Of a stretch of 50,083 nt of DNA, positions 21,623 to 29,538 are shown piece after piece. The notes beneath the pieces were generated by a model, which saw only the letters and a list, made by a program, of their open reading frames with translations, was not told the DNA's origin and searched no databases. The translations under genes were made by a program, and so were the position numbers. The DNA is taken from positions 1-50,083 of the forward strand of contig JAADIE010000109.1 of NCBI GenBank assembly GCA_013151495.1. The letters run 5' to 3'. Within the stretch, counting starts at the first letter, position 1; the number at the start of each line of letters is the position of its first letter. Origin of the DNA: Nitrospirota bacterium. GTDB taxonomy: Bacteria > Nitrospirota > Thermodesulfovibrionia > Thermodesulfovibrionales > JdFR-85.

Positions 21623-22294
21623 CTATTCCTCCTTTTTCTTCTTTTCTCTTGCATAGAGGGTTCTCGGCTTCTGCCCCTGTGACCAGTCCTTTGCCTCAAC
21701 TATAGTTACACGGAACTCCTCCAGTTTATCAAGCTTTTTCATTCTTTCGTAAATCCTGACCCATGCACATGGGATATCCGGGGAGACCTCGCAATGACCT
21801 TCCTGCATACCACCGCAGGGTCCATTTAATAACCCCTTTGGGCAGGTGGTTACAGGACATATACCACCTGTTTTATCCAGTATGCATTCACCGCAGAGCG
21901 AGCAACGTTCATCAAACATCTGGAATCGGGTCATATTACCAAGGAAGAGAGAGTCGTTGGTTGGATATACAGGTTTGTCCGGGAAAAGCTCAACAGCTGT
22001 CTGAGTGCCTGCACCACAGGACATTACCAGGATACAATCTGTCTCGGCAAGTTGTTCCTTGAACGCCTTGAGCTCCTTCTTTGTACCCAGCACCTGACAG
22101 CCTGTCTTTGGAACAAATCCACCAGTTACCTCTTTACCTTCTGCCGTTAAAGCCTCTGTTAGCTCCTTTATAGCCTCCTCATTGCCTGTGCCACAAAGGG
22201 AGGCACACTCGGAGCAGCCTATCAAAAAGAACTTCTGATAGTTCTTCAGGTTTTCCATTAAATCCTTAAAATCCTTCTTCTTTGTGATTATCAT
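21623..22294 (-). CDS. metV: MetV-type MTHFR-associated Cys-rich subunit (MTHFR C-terminal domain protein)
   Basis: 223 aa. It contains CSLCGECILDKTGGICPVTTCPKGLLNGPCGGMQEGHCEV....CAW. It lies immediately upstream of metF with a 4-nt gap. Confidence 0.8.
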   Translation of the reverse strand: MIITKKKDFKDLMENLKNYQKFFLIGCSECASLCGTGNEEAIKELTEALTAEGKEVTGGFVPKTGCQVLGTKKELKAFKEQLAETDCILVMSCGAGTQTAVELFPDKPVYPTNDSLFLGNMTRFQMFDERCSLCGECILDKTGGICPVTTCPKGLLNGPCGGMQEGHCEVSPDIPCAWVRIYERMKKLDKLEEFRVTIVEAKDWSQGQKPRTLYAREKKKKEE

Positions 22295-22309
22295 TCCTAA
22301 AGCCTCCTT

Positions 22310-22564
22310 TTACCAGATTTCACTGTCAATTTTCTCAAAGTCCTTTATTGCTTCGTTAAAGTCTTTTAGGTCTTTTTCACTCCATGTGCCAGCCAGATGG
22401 TCAAGATCATGGTATTTTTTGGTTCTTTTCTTGTTTTCAGTCCCAATGGATTCCTTTATTAATCGCAGCAAAAAGGCATTCAAGCTTATTCCTTCCTGTC
22501 TGGCATACTTTTTTAACTTCTCTCTGGTCTCATCATCAATTCCTCTTAGAGTTATAGTTGCCAT
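22310..22564 (-). CDS. ribbon-helix-helix antitoxin-like protein
   Basis: The product starts MATITLRGIDDETREKLKKYARQEGISLNAFLLRLIKESIG, a strand-helix-helix RHH pattern, and ends GTWSEKDLKDFNEAIKDFEKIDSEIW. ATG 22564 lies 3 nt after the vapC stop, with GGGAGGT as its RBS inside the end of vapC. Confidence 0.7.
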   Translation of the reverse strand: MATITLRGIDDETREKLKKYARQEGISLNAFLLRLIKESIGTENKKRTKKYHDLDHLAGTWSEKDLKDFNEAIKDFEKIDSEIW

Positions 22565-22566
22565 GG

Positions 22567-22971
22567 TTATACCTCCCTGTCTCCGGGATTGTGCCATAAA
22601 AGCCCATCAACATATCCAAAATGTTTATCGTAACTGGCAACCATAATGCCAAATCTCATAGCAGTTGCCGATATCCACATATCATTATTGGGAATTGGTC
22701 TGCCCTTCTGTTTCAATCTCTTGTAAATCTCAGAATAAAAATAGGCAGTCTTTTCATCAATCTCTACTAATTGAACCCTGGGACTGTCAAGAAATTCATT
22801 CAACTCATAAAAATTCTTCTTTCTATGTCTGCTAACCTGAATACCACAAAGAATCTCGCCAAGTACAATTGTACTTATATAGATACGATGTGCCTCCTGC
22901 AATAGTTCTATTGCCTCCTGTTTGTTGCCTTTAAAGGCAGCGTACACATTTGTATCAATCAAGATATCCAT
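22567..22971 (-). CDS. vapC: PIN-domain toxin VapC
   Basis: 134 aa. The four acidic PIN positions are in the usual contexts: ILIDTNV, VLGEIL, PNNDMWISA, and SYDKHF. Confidence 0.85.
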   Translation of the reverse strand: MDILIDTNVYAAFKGNKQEAIELLQEAHRIYISTIVLGEILCGIQVSRHRKKNFYELNEFLDSPRVQLVEIDEKTAYFYSEIYKRLKQKGRPIPNNDMWISATAMRFGIMVASYDKHFGYVDGLLWHNPGDREV

Positions 22972-23007
22972 ATCTTTATGGTATCACTTTGTGCTTTCAG
23001 CATGCAA

Positions 23008-23913
23008 TCAGTTTTTGATTGCATACTGTGCAGCCCTTACTGTGTTTTTCATAAGCATTGTTATGGTCATTGGGCCCACACCACCGGGCACAGGTGTAAT
23101 GGCACCTGCTATTTCCTTGGCTGCATCAAAGTCAACATCACCCTTGAGTATAGGAACCATACGGCCGGTCTTTTCACTCTTTTTCTCACCAACCCTGTTT
23201 ACGCCTACATCAATAACGCAGGCACCTGGCTTAATCCACTCGGGTTTAACAAGCCCTGGCACACCTGCTGCCACTATCAGGATATCCGCCCTCTTACAGT
23301 GGGCAGCAAGGTCCTTAGTCCTTGTATGCACAACGGTTACTGTTGCGTTTGCACCCGGGCCCTTCTGCATCATCATTATGGCTATGGGCTTACCAACAAT
23401 GTTTGACCTTCCAACCACCACCACCTCTGCACCGGCTGTCTCAAAGCCAGAACGAACAATCAGTTCCTGAATACCCGCAGGAGTACAGGGCAGGAATCTT
23501 GCTTCCTCGCCTCCAATTACCAGACGACCAAGATTTACAGGATGAAAGCAGTCCACATCCTTGTCAGGATCTATTGCGTTAATTACCTTCTTTTCATTTA
23601 TATGCTTTGGAAGGGGTAACTGAACCAGTATGCCGTGTATCTTGGGGTCCTTGTTGTATTTGTCTATTAGCTTCAGCAGATCCTCCTCTGATATGTCCTC
23701 AGGCTGGTCATCCTGCACAGAGTAGAAGCCAAGCTCGTGGGCTGTTTTCTGCTTTGCTGTAACATAACTTACCGAGGCTGGGTTTTTACCAACCAGTATT
23801 GTTACCAATCCCGGGACTACCCCGTGTTTTTCCTTCATCTCTTCTACCTCTTTCTTGAGCTCTGCCCGAATCTCTGCAGCAATTGCCTTTCCATCGATTA
23901 TCTTTGCAGACAT
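23008..23913 (-). CDS. folD: bifunctional methylene-THF dehydrogenase / methenyl-THF cyclohydrolase
   Basis: 301 aa. Motifs are ILVG.NPAS..YV..K, ILVQLPLP, PCTP.G, VVGRSNIVGKP, and TPVPGGVGPMT. Confidence 0.95.
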   Translation of the reverse strand: MSAKIIDGKAIAAEIRAELKKEVEEMKEKHGVVPGLVTILVGKNPASVSYVTAKQKTAHELGFYSVQDDQPEDISEEDLLKLIDKYNKDPKIHGILVQLPLPKHINEKKVINAIDPDKDVDCFHPVNLGRLVIGGEEARFLPCTPAGIQELIVRSGFETAGAEVVVVGRSNIVGKPIAIMMMQKGPGANATVTVVHTRTKDLAAHCKRADILIVAAGVPGLVKPEWIKPGACVIDVGVNRVGEKKSEKTGRMVPILKGDVDFDAAKEIAGAITPVPGGVGPMTITMLMKNTVRAAQYAIKN

Positions 23914-23958
23914 AAGAAAACCTCCTTTAAATTAATTTTTTATTTTTAAAGATTGATC

Positions 23959-24522
23959 TTAGCTTTCCTTTTTTAGTAGCTCAAGCATCTCCTCGCGGGT
24001 GGTCTGTTTGGACCGGAAGATGCCCCTGACTGCAGAGGTAACGGTTCTTGAGCCAGGTTTTTTAATCCCCCGCATACTGAGGCAGAGATGCTCTGCATCT
24101 ATTATTACCATAGCCCCTTTGGGCTTTAACCTCTCCATTATCATATCTGCCAGCTGGGCAGTAAGACGCTCCTGCACCTGAGGCCTCTTTGCAAGTATCT
24201 CCAGGGCCTTTGCAAGTTCACCAATGCCAACGATCCGGCCTCCCTCGGGTATATAAGCAATATGGGCCTTACCAAAAAAAGGCAGGAGATGGTGTTCGCA
24301 AACAGAATAAAAGGGAATATTCTTAAGCATTACCATCTCGTCGTGACTTTCACCCTCAATAGGTTTAAGCAAGTCTTCTGGCTCCTTATCAAGCCCTGAG
24401 AAGATCTCCTCGAACATCTTTGCAACCCGTTCGGGAGTTCGTCTGAGCCCTGGTCTGTCAGGGTCCTCCCCTATGCCTTCAAGAATAAGTCTGACGCCTT
24501 TTTGTATCTTTTCCAAGTCCAT
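23959..24522 (-). CDS. folE: GTP cyclohydrolase I
   Basis: 187 aa. Motifs are [31 protein letters not shown], and QVQERLT. Confidence 0.95.
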   Translation of the reverse strand: MDLEKIQKGVRLILEGIGEDPDRPGLRRTPERVAKMFEEIFSGLDKEPEDLLKPIEGESHDEMVMLKNIPFYSVCEHHLLPFFGKAHIAYIPEGGRIVGIGELAKALEILAKRPQVQERLTAQLADMIMERLKPKGAMVIIDAEHLCLSMRGIKKPGSRTVTSAVRGIFRSKQTTREEMLELLKKES

Positions 24523-24523
24523 A

Positions 24524-25198
24524 TCACAACTCCTTTATTACCTGTGAAAAAACCTTATGTGCAATCCGAACAGCCCTCTTTGCATCTCTCTTTGTAGGTG
24601 CTCCCATGGGCAGCAAGCCCTCTTCACCAGAATACCTGCCTGTATAGATAGAATCCATGAAATCTATCTCTTCATCCTTTAACTTTAACTTTAAACCATA
24701 GTCCTGACCAATGGCTAATAATCTCCTGATCTTATGTGTCTTTTCAAGTTCCCATCCTTTACTCAGCAGAAAGCATTTGATTATTTTTTCTACTGCCTGT
24801 TGAGCACTGTAGCAGGCACCTCTGTAAAATCCTCCCTCAAGCAGATATTCAGCCTGTCTGAGGTCCTCCTCAGCAGACCGTCTCCAATACTTCAGGGCAC
24901 CTTTCATATAAATCAGTCTCCCTTCTTTCTGTATTTTCCTTAAAAACGGGCTTCCCTGTGTAAGGAGTTTTTTTAGTTCACCTCTTGAAACAGTAAGAAC
25001 ATCTATAGAATATTTTTTATAATAAGGATAGAGAGTCTTTAATATAGTTTGTCGGTCCTTTTTTCTGCTCACCACGAGAAGGTCCACATCTTCTCCAGAG
25101 CCTTTTCGTGCAACTGAGCCAAAAAGCAGTATTGCGTCTGGATTTACTGCCTTCCTGATACTATCTGCAATCTCATATACATCCACTAATGCAGGCAT
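24524..25198 (-). CDS. fused minimal nucleotidyltransferase (MNT-like) plus HEPN domain protein
   Basis: The N-terminus has [19 protein letters not shown] (GS...D.D NTase motif). The C-terminal half has the HEPN pattern [34 protein letters not shown]......KTHKIRRL.... Confidence 0.72.
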   Translation of the reverse strand: MPALVDVYEIADSIRKAVNPDAILLFGSVARKGSGEDVDLLVVSRKKDRQTILKTLYPYYKKYSIDVLTVSRGELKKLLTQGSPFLRKIQKEGRLIYMKGALKYWRRSAEEDLRQAEYLLEGGFYRGACYSAQQAVEKIIKCFLLSKGWELEKTHKIRRLLAIGQDYGLKLKLKDEEIDFMDSIYTGRYSGEEGLLPMGAPTKRDAKRAVRIAHKVFSQVIKEL

Positions 25199-25783
25199 TT
25201 AAACCTCTATAATTCTTCTGTCTGTAATTATTGCATGTACCCGTCTGTCGTGCTCTTCACAGGGTACAGATTCCACAATCTGTTCCTCAAAGGCCACTGC
25301 CACCAGGTGGGTAGATCTTTCAAGTGAACTTAAAAGTCGGTCGTAGTAGCCCCCACCATAGCCAATCCTTCCACCTTTTAGGTCAAAGGCAGCGCCTGGA
25401 AGCAATATAAAATCTATCCCCTTTGCATCTGATAAGCTACATCTTTCTGGATCAGGTTCCATAATACCCATATAACCCTTTACAAGGTCATCTAATGAGG
25501 AGATTGAATAAAGCTCAAGAGTCTGGCTTTCGCGGTTTACCCTGGGCAGTAAAACACGTTTTCCTTCCTGCAGGGCATGTCTGATTATAGGAAAGGTATC
25601 AATCTCGGATCTGAAGGAGGCAAACAACAGGAGGGTTTTTGCCTGCCTGAAAGGAGCATATTCGATAAGACGCTCCATGATCTCTTTACTTTTTACAGCC
25701 CTGACCTCTTCAGGAATACTGTCGCGCCTCTTTAAGATCTCCCTTCTCAGTTCAGCCTTGGCATTAATGCTTTGAACGGTCAT
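25199..25783 (-). CDS. 5-formyltetrahydrofolate cyclo-ligase
   Basis: 194 aa. It contains LLPGAAFDLKGGRIGYGGGYYDRLL, which is characteristic of MTHFS. Confidence 0.88.
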   Translation of the reverse strand: MTVQSINAKAELRREILKRRDSIPEEVRAVKSKEIMERLIEYAPFRQAKTLLLFASFRSEIDTFPIIRHALQEGKRVLLPRVNRESQTLELYSISSLDDLVKGYMGIMEPDPERCSLSDAKGIDFILLPGAAFDLKGGRIGYGGGYYDRLLSSLERSTHLVAVAFEEQIVESVPCEEHDRRVHAIITDRRIIEV

Positions 25784-26556
25784 CTCTGTAGCTCATCAAG
25801 CTCTCTTTTAATCTCTGAAACCTCTTCCACGGTTTCAGGACTTATCTCATAAGGGGGCTTACCTTTTATATCAGCCTGCATTATCTCGGCTCTGAAACTG
25901 ATGGCCCCGAGGAACTCCATCTTGCCTGTTTCTTTTTTGATAAACTCCACATCCTCTGGTGTATGAATCTTGTTTGCCACCACATAGACCCGCTTTACAC
26001 CAAGTCCTTCTGCCATCTCAGCAACCTGATGGGCTGTCTGGATGGAACGCTGCCCTGGCTCTACCACAACAATAAAAGCATCCACCCCCTGAGCAGTTCC
26101 GCGGGTCAGGTGCTCAATGCCTGCCTCCATATCAACCACAACCACCTCATCCCGCTCCACCACCAGGTGGCTTAGCAGCCTGCGAAGAAATACATTTTCA
26201 GGGCAGTAACAGCCAGATGCAGCCTCTTTTGACTTACCCATTACAAGAAGGGTTATACCATCAACCCTGTAACCAAACTCCTCTGGAATATCGTCAACCT
26301 TTGGATTTAGTTTAAATATTCCTCCCATGCTCCCGGGGCGTGCCCCGGTGCGTTCGGCAATCAGGTCCTTCATTTCCGAGATAGGCCTGATAGAGGCTAT
26401 CTGTTCGGCAGTAAGTCCAAAGGCCTGGGCAAGGTTGGCATCAGGGTCGGCATCAACAGCCACAACCCTTTTGCCCTCTTTTGCATAAAGGTAACTAAGG
26501 ATACTTGAAAGGGTGGTTTTACCCACCCCTCCCTTGCCAGTAATTGCAATTTTCAT
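25780..26556 (-). CDS. cooC: CooC/AcsF-type nickel-insertion ATPase (CO dehydrogenase maturation factor)
   Basis: The product starts MKIAITGKGGVGKTT (deviant Walker A) and contains DADPDANL and a GCYCPEN Cys motif in a MinD/ParA-like fold. ATG 26556 is preferred over 26571. Confidence 0.78.
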   Translation of the reverse strand: MKIAITGKGGVGKTTLSSILSYLYAKEGKRVVAVDADPDANLAQAFGLTAEQIASIRPISEMKDLIAERTGARPGSMGGIFKLNPKVDDIPEEFGYRVDGITLLVMGKSKEAASGCYCPENVFLRRLLSHLVVERDEVVVVDMEAGIEHLTRGTAQGVDAFIVVVEPGQRSIQTAHQVAEMAEGLGVKRVYVVANKIHTPEDVEFIKKETGKMEFLGAISFRAEIMQADIKGKPPYEISPETVEEVSEIKRELDELQR

Positions 26557-26639
26557 AAAAAATTCTAACATTACCTTTAAAAACCTGTCAAAAAGGGAAT
26601 ATACCCCAAAAATGCCAATTAGATTTGTCAGTCAATTGT

Positions 26640-26826
26640 AAGGCAGCAGGGTATAGGCTTTTCGCTCATTCTCGCAGGCCATCCATGGCCTCAGTGCCCC
26701 GAAAAGTCTTTGACTTTTCGGGGGCCCCCTGCTCCGAGGCAGGCAATCTACTTCACCCTCCTGGTGAAGATTTTAGAAAGATTTTAGATTGCCTGAAACC
26801 GCTTAAACCCTATACCCTCCTGCCTT
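26640..26826 (-). repeat. structured intergenic element, copy 2 (opposite orientation to copy 1)
   Basis: The reverse complement shares long identical runs with copy 1: GCGGTTTCAGGCAATCTA, CTTCACCAGGAGGGTGAAGTAGATTGCCTGCCTCGGAGCAGG, and GGCCATGGATGGCCTGCGAGAATGAGCGAAAAGCCTATACCCT. The 18-bp closing stem has one mismatch. There are two insertions relative to copy 1. Confidence 0.8.
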
Positions 26827-26875
26827 TATAATATGGGCTTTTTTCTATCGACAAGTTAGAGTATAATTAAATCTT

Positions 26876-27745
26876 ATGAAAATCCAGAAGGTTATCGATT
26901 TTCATACCCATGTCTTTCCTGATGAGATCGCTCCACGGGCCTTAAAGGCCCTATCAGAGCACTCCGGTCCTTACAAGCCCTGCACCGATGGAACCCTGAG
27001 GGGGCTTCTTGAGTCAATGGACAGGGCAGGGATAGGGCTCAGTGTTGTTGCAAGCATAGCCACTAAACCTGGCCAGGCATGGCCCATACTGGAGTTTTCA
27101 AAAAGGATTAAATCATCCCGAATATACCCTCTGGTTTCTTTTCATCCCCAAAACAGCCTTGACGAGGTCAGAAGGCTGATTGCCGAGGCCAGCCATACCG
27201 GTATCAAGGGGGTAAAGCTCCACCCAATGTATCAGGATTTTTCGATTGACTCAGAAGATATGTTTCCCTACTATGAACTACTGATCAATGAGGGCTTTTT
27301 TGTTGTCTTTCATACAGGCTACGATATTGCCTTCCCTGGTAACCTGCAGGCCTCTGTAGATCGTGTAGCCCGTCTGGCTGAGACCTTCAAAGACCTGGTG
27401 ATAGTAACCACCCATACAGGTGGCTGGAGGCAATGGGAGATGCTAAGTCTTTTAACCGGGTTTGAAAACATCTATACCGACATCTCTATGACCGTTACCG
27501 AGACAGGAAAAGAAAGATTTTCTGAGTTGCTAAAGGGCTTTCCACCAGAGAGAATATTCTTTGGCACCGACAGCCCCTGGACAGATCAAAGGGAGATGGT
27601 GAACATAATAAATGAACTCGACTTTACATCAGAGCTAAAGGAGGCAATACTCTACAAAAACGCCCTTAATTTCCTGAAAAAATACCACCCCACCTCAATC
27701 TATAATCATAAATCTGAAATCACAAATAACAAATCTAAAATCTGA
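26876..27745 (+). CDS. amidohydrolase-family (TIM-barrel metal-dependent hydrolase) protein
   Basis: 289 aa. It has the N-terminal IDFHTHVFPD metal-binding motif and a later HTGGW and GTDSPW. The last ~12 codons are encoded by the heptamer repeat. Confidence 0.72.
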   Translation: MKIQKVIDFHTHVFPDEIAPRALKALSEHSGPYKPCTDGTLRGLLESMDRAGIGLSVVASIATKPGQAWPILEFSKRIKSSRIYPLVSFHPQNSLDEVRRLIAEASHTGIKGVKLHPMYQDFSIDSEDMFPYYELLINEGFFVVFHTGYDIAFPGNLQASVDRVARLAETFKDLVIVTTHTGGWRQWEMLSLLTGFENIYTDISMTVTETGKERFSELLKGFPPERIFFGTDSPWTDQREMVNIINELDFTSELKEAILYKNALNFLKKYHPTSIYNHKSEITNNKSKI

Positions 27746-27786
27746 AATCTTAAATCTTAAATCTTAAATCTAAAATCTTAAATTAT
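27710..27786. repeat. heptanucleotide tandem repeat (AAATCTN) x 11
   Basis: Read directly, the units are AAATCTG AAATCAC AAATAAC AAATCTA AAATCTG AAATCTT AAATCTT AAATCTT AAATCTA AAATCTT AAATTAT. The array spans the stop of the amidohydrolase gene (TGA 27743-27745) and ends 1 nt before the convergent paaK-like stop. Confidence 0.9.
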
Positions 27787-27787
27787 A

Positions 27788-29098
27788 TTACCCTTCCTCT
27801 GTAAGCTTCCTTCTATCCAAAACCCTCTTGGCCTTTCCCTCAAAACGCTCGAGGGTCTTTTTCTCAACAAGCTTTACCTCTACCGATATACCGAGTTCTG
27901 AGGCGAGGCGCTTTTTTATCGTGTCGATCAGTTCGTGCTGTTTTTTCATCTCATCAAAGAATATCTCCTCAGACACCTCAACCAGCACGATAAGCTCATC
28001 AAGGTGTCCCTTCCTGTCAACCACAATCTGATAATGGGGCTCAGTACCCTCAATCTCAAACAGCACAGCCTCGATCTGGGATGGAAACACATTAACGCCT
28101 TTTACAATCAGCATATCATCGGTGCGCCCCAGCACCTTTGACATCCTGTAAAATGTCCTCCCACAGGGACAGGGCTCTGTTATCAACCTCGTAAGATCCC
28201 TTGTGCGGTAGCGAATCATGGGAAAGGCCTCTTTAGTAAGGGTGGTAATCACAAGCTCACCAACCTCTCCCGGTTTTACAGGCTCCATGGTATCGGGGTT
28301 TATTATCTCAACAAGGAAGTGATCTTCATTTATATGTAAACCCTTCTGCTGGAGGCACTCGCCAGCAACCCCTGGCCCCATAACCTCGCTCAGGCCGTAG
28401 TTGTCTGTGGCTGTTATCTTTAGCTTTTCCTGGATCTCCTGCCTCATGCTTTCAGACCATGGCTCAGCCCCAAACAGTCCATATTTAAGTGAAAGCCCGT
28501 TTACATTGATTCCCATCTCGTACATGGTGTCAGCCAACAACAGGGCATAGCTTGGTGTACATATAAGGGTGGTGGTTTTGAAGTCCTGCATGATCTTTAT
28601 CTGCCGCTTTGTATTACCACTTGAGATAGGTATAACCGAGGCACCAATCCGCTCGGCACCATAGTGCAGGCCAAAGCCACCCGTGAACAGACCGTATCCA
28701 AAGGCTATCTGCACCACATCATCCTTGGTAACTCCACCAGCGGTGAGAATTCTTGCAACCAGATTCGACCATGTTTTGATATCATTTCTTGTATATCCCA
28801 CTACTGTGGGTGTACCGGTTGTGCCGGAGGAGGCATGAATTCTCACCACCTCCCTCAGAGGCACCGCAAACATGCCGTAAGGATAATTGTCCCTGAGGTC
28901 ATCCTTGGTTGTAAAAGGGAGCCTTCTCAGGTCATCAAGGCTTCTTATCTGGTCTGGATCTATACCTAACTCATCAAATTTCTTACGATAAAAAGGCACA
29001 TTCAAGTAGGCCCTGTTTATTATTGCCTCAAGCCGTTCAAGCTGTAACTGTTCAAGCTCATCCCTTTGCATACACTCCTTATCAGGTTCCCAGTACAT
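27788..29098 (-). CDS. phenylacetate-CoA ligase family (PaaK / F390-synthetase-like) adenylating enzyme
   Basis: 436 aa. It has the N-terminal ...LQLERL...FYRKKF...[14 protein letters not shown] and the AMP motif [11 protein letters not shown]. Confidence 0.88.
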   Translation of the reverse strand: MYWEPDKECMQRDELEQLQLERLEAIINRAYLNVPFYRKKFDELGIDPDQIRSLDDLRRLPFTTKDDLRDNYPYGMFAVPLREVVRIHASSGTTGTPTVVGYTRNDIKTWSNLVARILTAGGVTKDDVVQIAFGYGLFTGGFGLHYGAERIGASVIPISSGNTKRQIKIMQDFKTTTLICTPSYALLLADTMYEMGINVNGLSLKYGLFGAEPWSESMRQEIQEKLKITATDNYGLSEVMGPGVAGECLQQKGLHINEDHFLVEIINPDTMEPVKPGEVGELVITTLTKEAFPMIRYRTRDLTRLITEPCPCGRTFYRMSKVLGRTDDMLIVKGVNVFPSQIEAVLFEIEGTEPHYQIVVDRKGHLDELIVLVEVSEEIFFDEMKKQHELIDTIKKRLASELGISVEVKLVEKKTLERFEGKAKRVLDRRKLTEEG

Positions 29099-29217
29099 AA
29101 TCTATCCTCCTGTTGATTTTATATTCACCTCTGTTAGTTTTCTTAGATAATTATAAACAACACCATACCTTTAGGCAACTATGGTATAATCTAAATATAA
29201 TTTGTCCGGAGCCTTAA

Positions 29218-29538
29218 ATGGACCTCTTCAGACAACTCTATGAGGCTTTACTTTTTTCGCCCTTCTTCAGGATCATAATCATCCTGCTAATTGTATTAAT
29301 CCTCCTGAAGCTTTATTTTAAACGCAGGGTACGAGTTTACTCGGATATTGACCTGCTTTACAAGCTTTCAAGAAAGCGGGAATGCAGCGAATACGATATC
29401 TTCAGGGCTGCTGCTGATTTGTGGAATTTTTCAGAAAAAAAGGTGGATGAAGACTTCAAAAGGTATCTTAATGATGGAGATATTCCAAAATATGTAAAAG
29501 ATTTTATGGAGAAGGAGGCACGCAAAGAAGGGCTTTAA
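29218..29538 (+). CDS. hypothetical small membrane protein
   Basis: 106 aa. It has one N-terminal hydrophobic helix (FFRIIIILLIVLILLKLYF) followed by a charged tail. I recognise no family. Confidence 0.4.
   Translation: MDLFRQLYEALLFSPFFRIIIILLIVLILLKLYFKRRVRVYSDIDLLYKLSRKRECSEYDIFRAAADLWNFSEKKVDEDFKRYLNDGDIPKYVKDFMEKEARKEGL

Noticed and set aside
21619-21699. N-terminal 27-codon extension of metF in the ORF track (MRQRTGHRGRSREPS...), overlapping metV by 77 nt.
   Set aside because: The extension is Arg-rich junk read out of frame through the metV C-terminus. The conserved MetF N-terminus starts at ATG 21618, 4 nt after the metV stop.
22922-23470. Long antisense ORFs (e.g. 22922-23470 opposite folD, 38520-39128 opposite serA, 8114-8629 opposite rfbA, 33213-33620 opposite ispD).
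   Set aside because: Each lies fully inside a well-supported gene on the other strand, and each has biased, low-complexity composition.
26640-26826. The repeat family as an ordinary MITE or REP/BIME element.
   Set aside because: This is not fully excluded for the near-identical copies 1 and 2. However, copy 3 keeps the internal junctions while replacing the terminal inverted repeats. I saw no flanking target-site duplications. No transposase or RAYT gene is in the window. It is therefore reported as a candidate structured RNA instead.
27710-27786. Short repeats considered as a possible CRISPR array.
   Set aside because: The units are 7 nt long and contiguous with no spacers. There are no cas genes in the window.
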